Origin: Carpediemonas membranifera BICM
Taxonomy: Eukaryota; Protista; Fornicata
Direction: 5' to 3'
DNA: 64,000 bases
Assembly: GCA_019828565.1 (NCBI GenBank)
Contig: JAHDYR010000002.1
Location: 310,001 to 374,000 of the forward strand
Part shown: one piece after another, positions 25,173-37,639 of the stretch
How positions within the stretch are numbered: the first letter of the stretch is position 1
Layout of the letters: the number at the start of each line of letters is the position of its first letter
The notes under the pieces: generated by a model
Seen by the model: the letters and a program-made list of their open reading frames with translations, nothing else
What the model was told of the DNA's origin: nothing
The model's database searches: none
Program-made: the position numbers and the translations under genes

Positions 25173-28100
25173 TCAACCTTTGAGCTTCTGAGGGGCCTCA
25201 TCTTTCCAGAGGACGTAGTCACCCGGCTTCAGTTCGGTGTTGACTATTGTCTTTTGGCCCGGGCCCACACTCTCTCTGGCAGTGGTCTCCAGGGCGTTAA
25301 GGGCCAGCTCCAGGTCCTTTTTTGAACTCTGGGAAATCTCTGATCGGAGAGTTGTTGTCGTTCGTCCACCAGCTTGTAAACATGTTGTGCTCATGGCCAA
25401 ATATCAGCTCGTGCGGGGAGAACTTCGTGGCCGTATGTGTCGTGCCGTTGATAATCATCTGGACCGTCGGTAGGAGTCCGCACCACTGGTCTTTGTAGGC
25501 TATTGCCAGGACAAGCCACCGTAGGTGTCTTCCAATCTCCGCATTCCTTCTCTCCACGAGACCATTGCTCTGTGGATGAAACGGGATGGTGAAGTGGTGT
25601 GCGACTTTCAATGACGTTGTGAGTTGTTCAACTATCGAGTTCGCGTACTCCGGGCCGCCGTCGGACAGAATCTCCGCCGGTATCCCGTGTCGCGTGAAAA
25701 CGTGGTCCCATAGGGCCCTGGTGGAGGTCTCGGCGTCGATCGATGCGACTGCGACGAGCTCGGTGTATCTTGTAAACATGTCTACAGCCACAATGATGTA
25801 GCGAGCGCCCAGCGAATCCGTTGGGAGAGGGCCAATTGTGTCGACTGCCACTGTCTCCCATGGTCTGGTGCGTCTTGTCTGGCCCTTTTGGGCGATAAAG
25901 TAGTCCTTGATGCGAGTCTTCAGACAAATGGGGCACGTCTTGATGTGCTTTTTGACGTCCAAGAGCATCCCCGGCCAAAAATGCAGACGTGGCGAGTGCT
26001 TGGAACGTTGAATTTGCTCCCGTATGAAATTGGTGAGCGGTCCGAAGGGCCTTGTCGCGTGTCTCTCCCTTGGGGATAATCGGCACTCCGTCCTTGAAGT
26101 AGATCGAGTTTTCGATGGATACTCCCTCTAGTTTCTCCCAGCCGACTCGAGTTGACTCAGGTGCCATGGCCTGGGCAGCCTGGATCAACTCAAGGGTCAG
26201 CCCTGGGCCGGCGTCCTCCGCCTCTAGCAGGTTCAGCTGCGGCCCGAGGTCCCCCTCGGGGAAGGATACGCGACAGCATGTCTGCCATCTTGTTTGTCTC
26301 TCCAGCAATATGCTCGATCGTAATGTTGTAGTCCGACAAGACAGACGTCCACCTGAGGAGTTTCTTGGAAAGCTCCTTCCTCTGCATGAGATATACCAGA
26401 TTCTGGTGGTCGGTGCGGATCTGTATGTTGTCCTTGAGGCGGAAAAGTTGAGCCATGTCAGGTCTCGTGAGACAAAAGATGATAGCATGAAGCTCTTGTT
26501 CGTAGGTCGGCCACCTAGTCTGGGTTGGCGTATGACACTTTGCGAAGAGCGAGACGATCTCTCGGTTGCCGGAGTCGTCTTCTTGGAACAGAATGCCCCC
26601 TAGTCCGTCGTTCGACGCGTCCGTCTCGAGGGTCCACTTCTTTGAGAAGTCGGGGAAATGGAGGACTGTGTCTGAGCTGAGTCTCTCCTTGAACGTTGTA
26701 AACGCCTCTTCTTGTTTGGGGTTCCAAGTTATGTTCTTTGAGTTCTCCTGTGCCGTTAGCATCTCGTTGAGAGGTTTGAGGATTCGTGATGAGTCCGGGA
26801 CGAACTGGGCGACATAGTTGAATGATCCCAGTGTCCTCTGAAGCTCCTTTGCGGTGGACGGGAGCGGTATGGCGTTTACCGCCTCTACCTTCTCTGGGGC
26901 AAGTTGTTTCCCCTTCTCCGAGACAATATACCCGACGGCCTCGACGTGGGCTGAGCCTATCGTGCACTTCGGGCCTTTAAGGCGCAGTGAATAATGTCTA
27001 CAGATCCTGAAGACGGTTTTGATCAGGGTGAGAAACTGGGCCTCGGTCTTGGCGTAAATCAAGATGTCGTCAAGATAGATGTCCACCCCTTTGTGGAGGA
27101 CCTCGGCGAACGCCTTCTGCATGGCGCGTTGGAATCTCGCCGGGGCGTTCATCAGGCCGAATGGACATCTGGTGAACTCGCAGTATGCGTCTGGAGTGAC
27201 AAAAGCGGTTTTGGGGATATCTTCCTCGTGCATCCGCATCTGGTAGTAGCCTTGTCTGAGGTCTAGGCCTGCAAAGTATTTGCAGCCTGATGCTCGGTCT
27301 ACAAACTCGCGCGTGTTAGGCAGGGGGAAGTTATCCCTCACTGTCTTGGAGTTTAACTCCTTGTAGTCAATGCAAAGACGGATCTTGGTCGATCCTTTGT
27401 GGCCCTGCCTGACTACTACGATCGGCGAGCTGTACGGCCCAGTCGAGTCCTGGATTATCCCGTCTCGCCTGAGTTGTTCTAGCTCTGTCGACACCAGGCC
27501 TTGGGTCACTGGGTCGAGTCTGCGAGCGCGGCATTGTACAATTGCCCGCTCGTCTATCAGTTCAATCGACATGGGTTCCAGTCGAGACCCTTCCTTGGGT
27601 AGTTCTTCCTCGAAGATATCGTCAAATGAGTTGATTATCTCGAGAATCTCGGGTCGGATCTTCGACTCCGGGACGTGGACACCACAGTAGTCGTCGGTTA
27701 TCGCCATGTTTGCGTCCTCCGTGAGATATTCATGGTAGAACGGCAGCCAGTCCTCGTCCTCCTCAATTGAGGAGAGCTTGTGCAGGTTAAGGTTGAGTGT
27801 GCCATCGCCAATGAGTGCGAGTGACCTCAGCAAGTCACACCCGATGAGAGCCTTGAAGAACTCACCGGGGAGTACGTAGTACTTCCATGTAACCTCCAAC
27901 TGTGTGACACCTAGTGCTGGGAATGCTGCCTTAAATGTGACTGCTTGATCTGTCACGAGGGAGCGTCCGTCTCCTAGCGTGACCTTGATCTTTTCCTCGA
28001 GAGAGGTCTGCACTGTGTCCTTGGGTAGGGTACGTAGTGCCTTCGAACTAATGAAGCTTCGGCTTGCACCAGTGTCTACAACGAACGAGTAAGTTTTGCC

Positions 28101-28958
28101 TTTTACAGTAGCGGGGGTCGTCAGTGGACCCTTCCCGCCCTTCTCGTTAGTCGACGCGCTGTCGGCGTTGTTGTTCTCGCTGTAGCGGGGGTGCTTATCG
28201 CATCTGAAGTCCATGTGGGGACCGCCACAGAAACGACAGGGGCGCGACGGCTTCTTGGGTCCGTCGGCCGGCGGGCGCTTGGCCGCGTCCGGGCGGTACT
28301 GGGCCTTCCTGGCCTGGGCCGGGGCCTTGGGTCCGCCGGCCGGGGTTTGCGAGAGGGGTTGATCATGGTCATACGCCCTAGCAGCCCTAAGAGCCACCGC
28401 TACGGTGTCCTCGAAGGTCTTGACGTTGTGGAGAGCAAGCAAGGTCTGTGCCTTCTTGCGGAATGCTGTCGGGTTCAGGGACTCCCTGAAGAGCCGTGCA
28501 GCCAGCTTATCAAAGCTTGCGAGCAGTTCGTCGGCATTGGGGTTGTCGTCGATGGGGTCCAAGAACCCTTCTGGGTCTGGCGTCTTGGAGTAGAGCTCGA
28601 TGCGCTTGCGGAATGCTGCCGCTTGTAGTCTCGTGCCAGCTTCGAAGTTGCGTGCGGTGCTCGGCACCATGGGGAAACGAAGGTCTTGGAGCTCTTCGAC
28701 GAGTGCTAGGATGGAGTGGGGAAGGAGCCGCTGGCGACACCATTCGGTGAAGTTCTTGAGAGTGTAGTTCTTGTCGGATGTGTCTATGCCTTCGGCCTTG
28801 AGTTCGAGGGCAAATGACTCCTCAATGAGGACGGACAGTGGGATGCTTGGGTTTTGTATAGTAAAAATCGTTGCTCGGCGCTCAAACTCCTCAAGAGTCT
28901 CTAGTGTTAGATTTGAAGGAGAAAGCTCAGGAATTTGAACAGTTAACGACATCAGCAC
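25173..28958 (-). mobile_element. Ty3/gypsy retrotransposon 1 gag-pol (frameshifted in the integrase)
   Basis: Zn knuckle CRFCGGPHMDFRC, protease VDTGA, RT YLDD, RNase H ETDAS/TDH, integrase HHCC + VDT/SDGG/VERRN. Domain order PR-RT-RH-IN. Matching LTRs were not found. Confidence 0.95.
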
Positions 28959-29045
28959 AGCTAATACTAGTATTGTCGGTTGAAATCATTTACAGTAAAC
29001 CGCAGCGGGGTAAAAGTGGTCAAAACTGGACGGAGCAGTTTATAG

Positions 29046-31825
29046 ACCGGTGACAGCACGCAGCCGAAGTGCTTCGCGTGCGGCCAACCGGGTCACAAAG
29101 CGACGAAGTGCAAGTCCACCAAGCTTCTCGATGGCTGGGAGAGGAAGAAGGAAGGGGAACCGCCGACACGTATCACTCGCCAGGCGAAAGCGGCAACAGA
29201 AACGAGCAACAGCTGGCACACTCAGTTAACGCTGCTCCGGAAGGACCGCACGCCGTTGATGAGCTTCGATGCATTCTGCGACAGCGGGTGCACCTCAACA
29301 CTGATCCTGCCGAGCGAATGGCAGCCCATCTTCAGAGAAGCCGGCTTCAAGACTGCCAGAAGCGCACTGAAATTTGAAGGGTTCAACCACCAGCCCCTAG
29401 AAACCGAGGCCTCCAGCGAACCCATATTCATGGAGACCCCCGCGGGCCCGACACGCACGGCCGCGCGGGCGAGGACGCACCTCCCGGTGCATTTCGCAAG
29501 CTGGGTCGACGAGCCCACCCTCGGGCTTGACGCGCTTGCGGCGCTCGGGATGATAGACCATAGCACGGGGAACGCCGCGGCGTCCACAGACATAGGAGAC
29601 CCATCGGCCGAGCCCCGGCGGCGACGTCAAGAACTCCCGCCGGAGTATCAGAAACTCGTCGAGAAGAACTGGAGACTATTTAGTGACCAGACGGCGGACG
29701 GCGACAAGACGCTCCCCGCATACCCAATCGAGCTCATCGACGGAGACACCACGCTACGAGAGAACGCGAGGCAGCTAAGCCCGCCGATGAGGGAGGTCGC
29801 CGCCGAGGAGATCAGACGGATGCTCCACGAGAAGGTGATCCGCCGCGCAAGAGGGAATGACACCTACGCATCGCCGATCGTCATCGTTAGACAGAAGGGC
29901 AAGTATCGCTTCTGCATCGATTACAGGAAGCTGAACGCCGCCACACGATCGATGAGCTTGCCGACAGAGAACATAGAGGCGATGCTGGCAGCAACCCACG
30001 GGTTCTCGCACTTCGCGACGCTTGACCTGCGTCGTGGATACAACCAAGTCCCAATTCGGGAGGAGGACATCAGCAAGACGGCCTTCACCACACCGATGGG
30101 GCTGTTCGAGGCCACGCGGCTGCCTTTTGGGCTGAAAAACGCCCCAGCGTTCTTTCAAGACGCGATGAACACGATCTTTCGCGAACTGATCGACACGGGA
30201 AAACTGCACATATACATAGACGACTTCCTCGTCAAGGCCCACAGCGATAAGGAACGCCTAGAGACACTCAAGCGCCTACTCCAGATCGCCGCCGAGTATG
30301 ACCTCCGATTCAACTTAGACAAGTGCGACCTCGCGAGCGAGGAGGTGAACTGCGTCGGATACTTGATATCCAAGGACGGGATCAGGATGGATCCAGCGAG
30401 GATCGCGGCAGTCCGCGACATGGCCAAACCGACTGACCTCGCGAGCCTGCGCCGTTTCCTCGGCCCGTGGCCATATTCTTCACGAGGTTCGTGCCCGACC
30501 TGGCCTCCATACTCGCGCCACTCACAGCACTTACGAGCAAGTCGAAGATGGTCAAGCGAGACTGGGACGACACTCACGACACCGCGTTCACACGGGCGAA
30601 GGAGGCGATCTCAGGCGCACGCATTCTGGCCGCCCCAGATTACACACAACCCCTCGTCGTCCGGACGGATGCCAGCAACATAGGCGTCGGCGGAGTCCTG
30701 CTACAGATCATCGACGGCGAGGAGCGACCCATCACATTTATGTCGAAGAAACTCACGGCAGCCGAGCAAAACTGGACCGTGGGGGAACGTGAAGCATTCG
30801 CGATAGTCCACGCCGTCCGCCTGTGGAAGCCATATCTAGCAGGGACGCAGTTCGTCATCCAGACGGACCACGCAAACCTGCGCTTCACTGAGAGATCAGC
30901 CTCTGAAAAGATCACCAGATGGAGGATGGAACTCCAGCAACACGATTTCATCATAGAATACATCCCAGGCAAGCTTAACGACGTAGCAGACTGCCTCTCG
31001 AAGGCATTCCGCCTCCAACGGGTAAGGAAGCCACCACAGCGTCTAATGGACGACGAATTCGTCTCCTTCGGGGAATCCGCGGACGCAGACGAGGAACAGG
31101 AGACAGAAGACGCATACGAGGGCACAGACGCGGAAGACGGCGACGAACAAGCGCTGGACGACGAGGCGTCGAACATCATCCAGGACGCGGCCCGTCCAAC
31201 CGCAGCGACGCTCGAGGAGACCCTGGCCCAGGCGCACGGCATCGAGACGGGGCACCAAGGAGTCAACGCGACCATACGCCTCATGAAAGACGCCGGCCAA
31301 TCATGGCCGGGGATGCGAGCCGCAGTCGTCGACTTCATCATCCGGTGCCCAGTATGCCAAAAGAACATGGCCCGAGGAAACATCAAGGTCCGGCAGGGTA
31401 AGATCCCCCGCGACACACCATTCGCACGGGTTGCGATCGATACTGTCAAGGTCACGCCGACATCCCGCTCCGGCCACAGGTACATCATGGTGATGGTGGA
31501 TCACGCCACACGCTACACCGAGATATACCCGACAACCAACAAGACAGCCGAGGACGCCGCGGCAGCCTTGCTCCATTGGATCGGACACCACGGACCCATG
31601 GAGACCCTCCACAGCGACCAGGGCACAGAGTTCAAAAACAGAGTGGTCGCAGCCCTACTGAAGCCGCTCGACGCGTCACATCACACAACCTTCAGCTATC
31701 ATCCACCGGCAAATGGGATTAACGAACGAACGAACCAGACCGTGGTGAAGCTTCTCAGAAGAGTTTGCAGCGACTGGGGCACATGGGAGGACTGGCCGAT
31801 AGCACTGCCCATCATACAACGCCAA
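29046..31825 (+). mobile_element. Ty3/gypsy (chromodomain-bearing) retrotransposon 2, 5'-truncated gag-pol, part 1
   Basis: CFACGQPGHKATKC knuckle at ~29070, protease CDSG, RT YIDD, RNase H RTDAS, integrase AIDT/SDQG/NERTN. One frameshift near 30465. Confidence 0.95.
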
Positions 31826-32338
31826 CATGCTGCGTTTTCCGGTACTCTAACCGGGACTTAAAGTCCCAGAATCAAGTCCCGGAATCCTTGATTGATTTTG
31901 ATCGATGTCGTCGGATCATCCCCAAAGTGGGTGACAGTCTTCTACTAGCCTAGTTCTACCTCTGGAAACATTATTAGCGCATGTCGATGTCACAAAAAAT
32001 ATTTATGATCGTTTTCCGTATCGTCAGTGCAGGATAAGGTCGCATGACTTGGCCAAAGTCGCTCTTCAGAACTCGATCGTCTGACACATACAAACGCTAA
32101 AAGTGGTTGGCAAAGATGCATTAGACCTTGTATATGACGTGTATAGACAAAATTTCGGGTGTTGCACTGTCACCTCTGAGGGGTATCCTCTCAAAAAGTG
32201 TTGAAACTCCTACTGTAACATCCCCTTGCTGTCCTAGCAACGGAATAGTACTTTATTTACCTCAACTTTATCCCATTCGATAAAGAAAAGTCAAATTGTG
32301 TGAGCAATCTTCAACCTTAAAGTGCACATACAGGCATC

Positions 32339-33526
32339 ATGGAAAAGACCCAAAAACGAGAAATCCTGATTGCAATTGCAAAAGAAGTATTCTACTTTCA
32401 ACGCGATTGTGCTCAAGCCATGCCTGTTGCGGTTTCAGAGGTGTGCTGGGCTATTCTGCCAGATGATATCCGAGCTCTCTACAAGAAGAAGCAAGCGATG
32501 GCTTGTTCTCTTCGTCATGCCCTTATCCACGCTCTGGATGGACTCGCCCCCTCGTCTTACCAGATCAACACCGAGGGTAAGGTCAAGGGTGTGTTCCTCA
32601 AGGACTTCGGCGAGATCAACCTATCAAGGCTGCAGGACAACCTGCAGGCAGCATCAGGTACCACTAGCACTGTGGTATGGCAGCCTCCGGTTTCGCGCTA
32701 CATCAGCATCCCCTTCCAGACCTATTCGAAGAAGAAGGACAAGAGGGCTCGGAAACAGTCTCAACCCGCCCCTCAGTCGGTCGTAACTGTTCGTGACAAT
32801 CTGGCCAGTGAACACAGACAGCGGGAAGCAGCGCACATCGACCAAGTCGCTTCCCAATTTTCCACATGTGTGGCGCAGGCAACGGCACTTATCCAGACAG
32901 GAATGAACCGGCGCCACGCACTCGACAACTTCACTTATCAGCAGCTACGAAACTCATTGCGCATGTGTTGTGGGGTCTGTCACGATCCGATGAATCTGCT
33001 GCTGAAGATTGAGGACGACAACTCCCTGCAGTGCCAACAATGCGAGAGGTACTTCCATTATAGCTGTGTCAGTGGCTACTTGGAGGAGCGAATGGCATAC
33101 CCGGCATCTAACAGGGCCGATAAGCAGAAGATATCCATCTGCGATGACTGTAAGGCAATCAATGGTAACGACGAGTGCTTTCATCGTACACCTCCAACCG
33201 AGACCACCCAAGCAGCGGACTGTGGTAGAAGTATTAAGGATGGACCCAGCATGCTCTGCTACTTTTGTTCCAACTGGTTCTGTCCGGATCATATCGCGGA
33301 CACCGTTTTTGACACTGGAACTGACATGTTGAAGCGTCCTTCTCGTCGTGTTCCGGTGTGCGTGAATTGCTTTCCTCGCATTCAGAGAGGCCAGCGACAG
33401 TTCAACGGTGAGTATACCAACGCTGCCCGCGCTATTACAGAGCCATTGACACTCGCGGATGACGAGGCTCGTGATGATGTCAGTATCCGCGAGGAGGTGA
33501 GTGATGAGGAGGATGACCAAGAGTGA
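32339..33526 (+). CDS. PHD-finger-like protein with a second zinc finger
   Basis: CGVC...CQQCERYFHYSC...CDDC, then CYFCSNWFC..H..CVNC. Same architecture as 14679-15851. Confidence 0.75.
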   Translation: MEKTQKREILIAIAKEVFYFQRDCAQAMPVAVSEVCWAILPDDIRALYKKKQAMACSLRHALIHALDGLAPSSYQINTEGKVKGVFLKDFGEINLSRLQDNLQAASGTTSTVVWQPPVSRYISIPFQTYSKKKDKRARKQSQPAPQSVVTVRDNLASEHRQREAAHIDQVASQFSTCVAQATALIQTGMNRRHALDNFTYQQLRNSLRMCCGVCHDPMNLLLKIEDDNSLQCQQCERYFHYSCVSGYLEERMAYPASNRADKQKISICDDCKAINGNDECFHRTPPTETTQAADCGRSIKDGPSMLCYFCSNWFCPDHIADTVFDTGTDMLKRPSRRVPVCVNCFPRIQRGQRQFNGEYTNAARAITEPLTLADDEARDDVSIREEVSDEEDDQE

Positions 33527-33844
33527 TAAGTGGAATAAAATGAACGAATGACTGATGCGGCACATTCTGTTTACGCTATACGACGATTTTAGAGAGCGCC
33601 AGAGAGGTGCTGCAGGGAGAGAGCTTGTGCTTGCGTATCCTGAGGGATGCGGGATGGGAGGGGCCGACGTAATTGGCCAATCCACGTTTGTGGATCACCT
33701 GGTGTCGTCCATACCGGGCGTCTCTCCGCCACAGGCTGTGTTGCTGCGCATGGAAAGCAGTGTTAACTGTGTTCTATTGCACGATAGCACGGGGTTATTG
33801 ACTGATGCGGCACCTACCTTAAATTGCTCGTCATCCACAGTTGT

Positions 33845-34854
33845 GGATGGACCGATATCGCGCTAAGCATCGCCAAGCACCTCTCAAAGGGCAATCATCC
33901 GCTCGACAAGATCATCACCTGTTCATTTCACCATGGAACGATGAGCAGCTCCGCATCCTTGGCGATAATGCGCGAGTTCTTCAGCTGCTCGCCATGATGG
34001 TCCCTTGGATGCGGAAGATCTTGGCCTCGCCTGCATTTAACCCCGGGTGCAAGCCCAATAGCACCGAGAAGGACCTCCTCGGCAAAGAGCTCGAACAGGA
34101 CGTGGATTCATCAAGAATCCTTCGTGAGATGTCCAATCGAGCGGCGTACAACAAAGCCCATGCCAAGATCATTCGTGATCTCGTTGAGTACCGGAACCGC
34201 GCAGCTCACAATGAGCTTGAGCCCGACACCCTGCCCAAGGTCCTGGAGCTGGTCGAGAGCTTGGCCCAGGCCTTCTCGGTTCCATTGCACGATAACGTCA
34301 GGGCGTTCATCGCGCTGCTTAAGTCGCCAGTGTCGCTCGTTGCGACAAGTGAACATCATGCTCTGACGAAGAAGGTCAGCATTCTTGAGGATGAGATTGA
34401 GAGGCTGCGTAGCGGCGGCCGTAAGACCATGCTCAGGCTGCCAGGTGTCAGGTCTCAGCCGGAGCCCACCACTTTGGAGCAGGCAACGATGACGACTTCG
34501 GACGTCGGAGACCTGGATGAGCCGAGGCCCAGGCCCGAAGACACGGGCAAGACGCGCGGTACGCTCATGTCCCGCACACTGACTGCTAGCCAGGTGGACC
34601 AGCTAGCTATGGCCAGAACGCATGACCCCCCGCTTGTCCTGTCAGGACGTTGCATCGTGTGCGGGGGCTCATGCGAGACCTCAGAGTGGGCTTGCCGTCG
34701 TACCTCAACGACGACACCCAAAGATCCTTGCCGAACGTTGATTCGGAAGGTTAGGACTGGGAATACTCGCGACGTCTCTGTCTACCTCACAGATGAGGCA
34801 TTTGAGTGGGTCAAACGTCGCGATCAGACAGGCAAGAGAGCGAGACAGGAATAA
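33845..34854 (+). CDS. Protein with HEPN (Swt1-like) RxxxxH motif and C-terminal Cys cluster
   Basis: Helical region with DSSRILR...LVEYRNRAAHNE; C-terminal RCIVCG. Confidence 0.6.
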
Positions 34855-34876
34855 ATGAATGTATATGTGCATGTCT

Positions 34877-35298
34877 GGGCCTCAGCGCTGTCGTTCAGGC
34901 CAATCCACGTTTGTGGATCCGTGCAGTTTATGGCTTATCGACCGGACATCTCCTGAACTGAGCGCCAGGGGGGCGGAGGTGGCGTTGGCGTGGGGCGTGG
35001 AGGCGCTGGGGGCGGGGGTGGCGTTGATATTGGGCAATTACATAAAGTGCACGGTGCTTGGAATTTCATTCCAACCTCAAAATGGCGGGAAAGCATTATT
35101 GGAAGGAACTAGTGGCAGCTATGCGGTTCTTTATACTGCAAAAGCAACCAGCTGTCGTCAAAAAGCGCGCCATCTACCATCAATAACCAACATCTGCGTT
35201 GCACTCCACTGTTCTCGGTCGTTAATGCACAAAATCACTAAACAACATCAGAAAGGAACAAAAGATAGATACTATAGACGTCCGTTTACCTATTCAGC
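34877..35298 (+). repeat. Module R copy 1; other copies ~36694-37267, 38570-39144, 40447-40908 and inverted ~47487-47960, 49523-50042
   Basis: Near-identical ~0.4-0.55 kb noncoding block with an ATCCAC/GTGGAT hairpin, a G-tract, and TAAAGTGC followed by a TTGGAAT/ATTCCAA hairpin. Confidence 0.9.
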
Positions 35299-35943
35299 CA
35301 GGCGCAGGTACTGACGCGCCGTCTCTCGGGCAGAAGATATACCATGGAGGGATGCGTTCTGGGCAAGGCGCTTGAACGACACAACGAACAGCGGAAGTCG
35401 CTCCCACTCTCCTTGGGCCCAGTAGTGATGGTCGTACTCGAGTGATAAATATTCGTAGGGGTGAATTGTTCGAACGCACACGAAGAAGAGAAGCGGGAGC
35501 AGTTTCGTCTCATCAGCAGCAACACGAACAAGAACGTGACCAATGTGGCACTGCACATTGGTCACGACCGGGTTGTCGTTGATGCGATGGACACCGATTG
35601 TTTCAGGGTTGGCGCTGACGCAAAACTGGGTTCCATCGATGAGGTAGTCGTAGTTACCATTTGACTGGCGCTCATGGATGACCTCACCGGCATAGACACC
35701 GACCAGAGAACCGACGTCGATTCGGTGCGACGAGATGACCCCTTGGCCAACATCGGTGCCCATGAGGGACTTCTGTGGCTCAAGAAGGATCCCATCTGCG
35801 GTCTTAGCGATGCCGTTCTCAAGTAGTTCTTCGCCTGCATGCTCAGAGTCCGCCTTCTTGCCACCTGCACCGAGGAACTGCTCTCTATCCTCCTTAGAGA
35901 GCTTTTTCAGAGACATCAATTTCTCGTAATCATCTAAAGACAT
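35290..35943 (-). CDS. SET-domain lysine methyltransferase-like protein
   Basis: DVGQGVIS..IDVGSLVGVYAGE, GVHRINDN and YEYLSLEY; homologous to the SET gene of element A. Start placed at MSLDDY. Confidence 0.75.
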   Translation of the reverse strand: MSLDDYEKLMSLKKLSKEDREQFLGAGGKKADSEHAGEELLENGIAKTADGILLEPQKSLMGTDVGQGVISSHRIDVGSLVGVYAGEVIHERQSNGNYDYLIDGTQFCVSANPETIGVHRINDNPVVTNVQCHIGHVLVRVAADETKLLPLLFFVCVRTIHPYEYLSLEYDHHYWAQGEWERLPLFVVSFKRLAQNASLHGISSARETARQYLRLAE

Positions 35944-36071
35944 TGTAATGTTCTCTCTTCCTCTGATCCATCTGTAGCAACATGCGGGATCATGATAGTG
36001 TGCATTCCTGTTGTCACTCACAATTGCGAAACTCGCTCTCTGTTCCATAACCTGCACATCGGATTTGAACG

Positions 36072-36674
36072 ATGACGACAGACAGCCAACAGTGGATCGC
36101 ATTTGAGCATCTTGCGGCTCTATACACCACTATAAAGCGTGGTAAGATAGAGACCGCAAGTCAATGCATCAACATGATCGAGGATTCCTGTGTGGAACGA
36201 TTTGTGATGTTCTGGCTAACTACAGAGAACGCGGCGACGATTTACAACGAGAAAACGGCTGCTCTGCAGGAGAGCTATGGAGACGGAGTTGTGCGGTGCT
36301 CGGGTACGGACAGCATCACGAGAACAATATCATCTTCCTCTCGTGGTGTCGAGCATGTATCGAGCATTGAGCGAGCATCAAGCGTCATGCAGCGTCACTT
36401 GGAGTTCCTGCATTGGGGCAAGATCGCCCTTTCCTGTAGCGGCAGGACGCTAGCTGACTTTGCGACTCAGCACTTCCCCTTCCGTGTCTCTGATATTGAA
36501 CGCAAGATTGTCTTCGTGATGGTCACCGTTCCCAATGAGTTCATGGTTTGGTATAAGGCGCTTGTTGACGAGAAGATCGATGAAGAAGAGTTTACCTACT
36601 ACATCATTTATCGTCTTAACTCCAGCGCGAAGGATCACATGGTTGTTAATGCCCTAACCTTCAAATATGAATGA
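36072..36674 (+). CDS. Hypothetical protein
   Basis: 200-aa ATG-initiated ORF, divergent from the SET gene. Confidence 0.55.
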   Translation: MTTDSQQWIAFEHLAALYTTIKRGKIETASQCINMIEDSCVERFVMFWLTTENAATIYNEKTAALQESYGDGVVRCSGTDSITRTISSSSRGVEHVSSIERASSVMQRHLEFLHWGKIALSCSGRTLADFATQHFPFRVSDIERKIVFVMVTVPNEFMVWYKALVDEKIDEEEFTYYIIYRLNSSAKDHMVVNALTFKYE

Positions 36675-37639
36675 TCAGAGAGAGTGATGTGGTTAAATGG
36701 ATTGCAAATGAGTCTTTTTAATGTCTCACCACCTGTTTGGGCCTCAGCGCTGTCGTTCAGGCCAATCCACGTTTGTGGATCCGTGCAGTTTATGGCTTAT
36801 CGACCGGACATCTCCTGAACTGAGCGCCAGGGGGCGGAGGTGGCGTTGGCGTGGGGCGTGGAGGCGCTGGGGGCGGGGGTGGCGTTGATATTGGGCAATT
36901 ACATAAAGTGCACGGTGCTTGGAATTTCATTCCAACCTCAAAATGGCGGGAAAGCATTATTGGAAGGAACTAGTGGCAGCTATGCGGTTCTTTATACTGC
37001 AAAAGCAACCAGCTGTCGTCAAAAGCGCGCCATCTACCATCAATAACCAACATCTGCGTTGCACTCCACTGTTCTCGGTCGTTAATGCACAAAATCACTA
37101 AACAACATCAGAAAGGAACAAAAGATAGATACTATAGACGTCCGTTTACCTATTCAGCCACTAAACAACATCAAAAGGACTGTTCATACGTTATTAAACA
37201 TTGCTTGCTACTTCTGTTTCATCTTATTGTCGTTTACAGCTGTGTTGTCCTCAACAAATGCCAAGACAGATCAACGAGGCGTTCGCGGCTTCCCGTTGAA
37301 GACTTGCCATTGCCAGAGAGAGTGCCATGCCTGGCACGTCTCTCTTCTTGTCTGCCGCGTGAAGGAATCGACCAGGCTGGATTCATGTGCAGCTTATGCA
37401 GCAATGGACACTCTGGAGTCAGAACTGCATTTGCAGCAGCTTATTGCTGCTATTGAGCTTACTTGTGGCCCTGTCCCATCAGAAAGAAACAACAGACAGG
37501 CCCGAAAGATCGCCGCGGTCATTTCTGGTGAGTTTGACAGAGCATTCGACCGTTTCTTGCGCGATCTCTTCGCCGACAGCCCGTCTATCATGAAGAGCTA
37601 GATCTCCTGGCGGAGATTCCCCAAGAGCCCATTGAAGAT

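Noticed and set aside
34859-35314. Short ORFs within module R (MALAWGVEAL..., MEFHSNLK...)
   Set aside because: They differ by indels between copies and have no domain signal; R is treated as noncoding.
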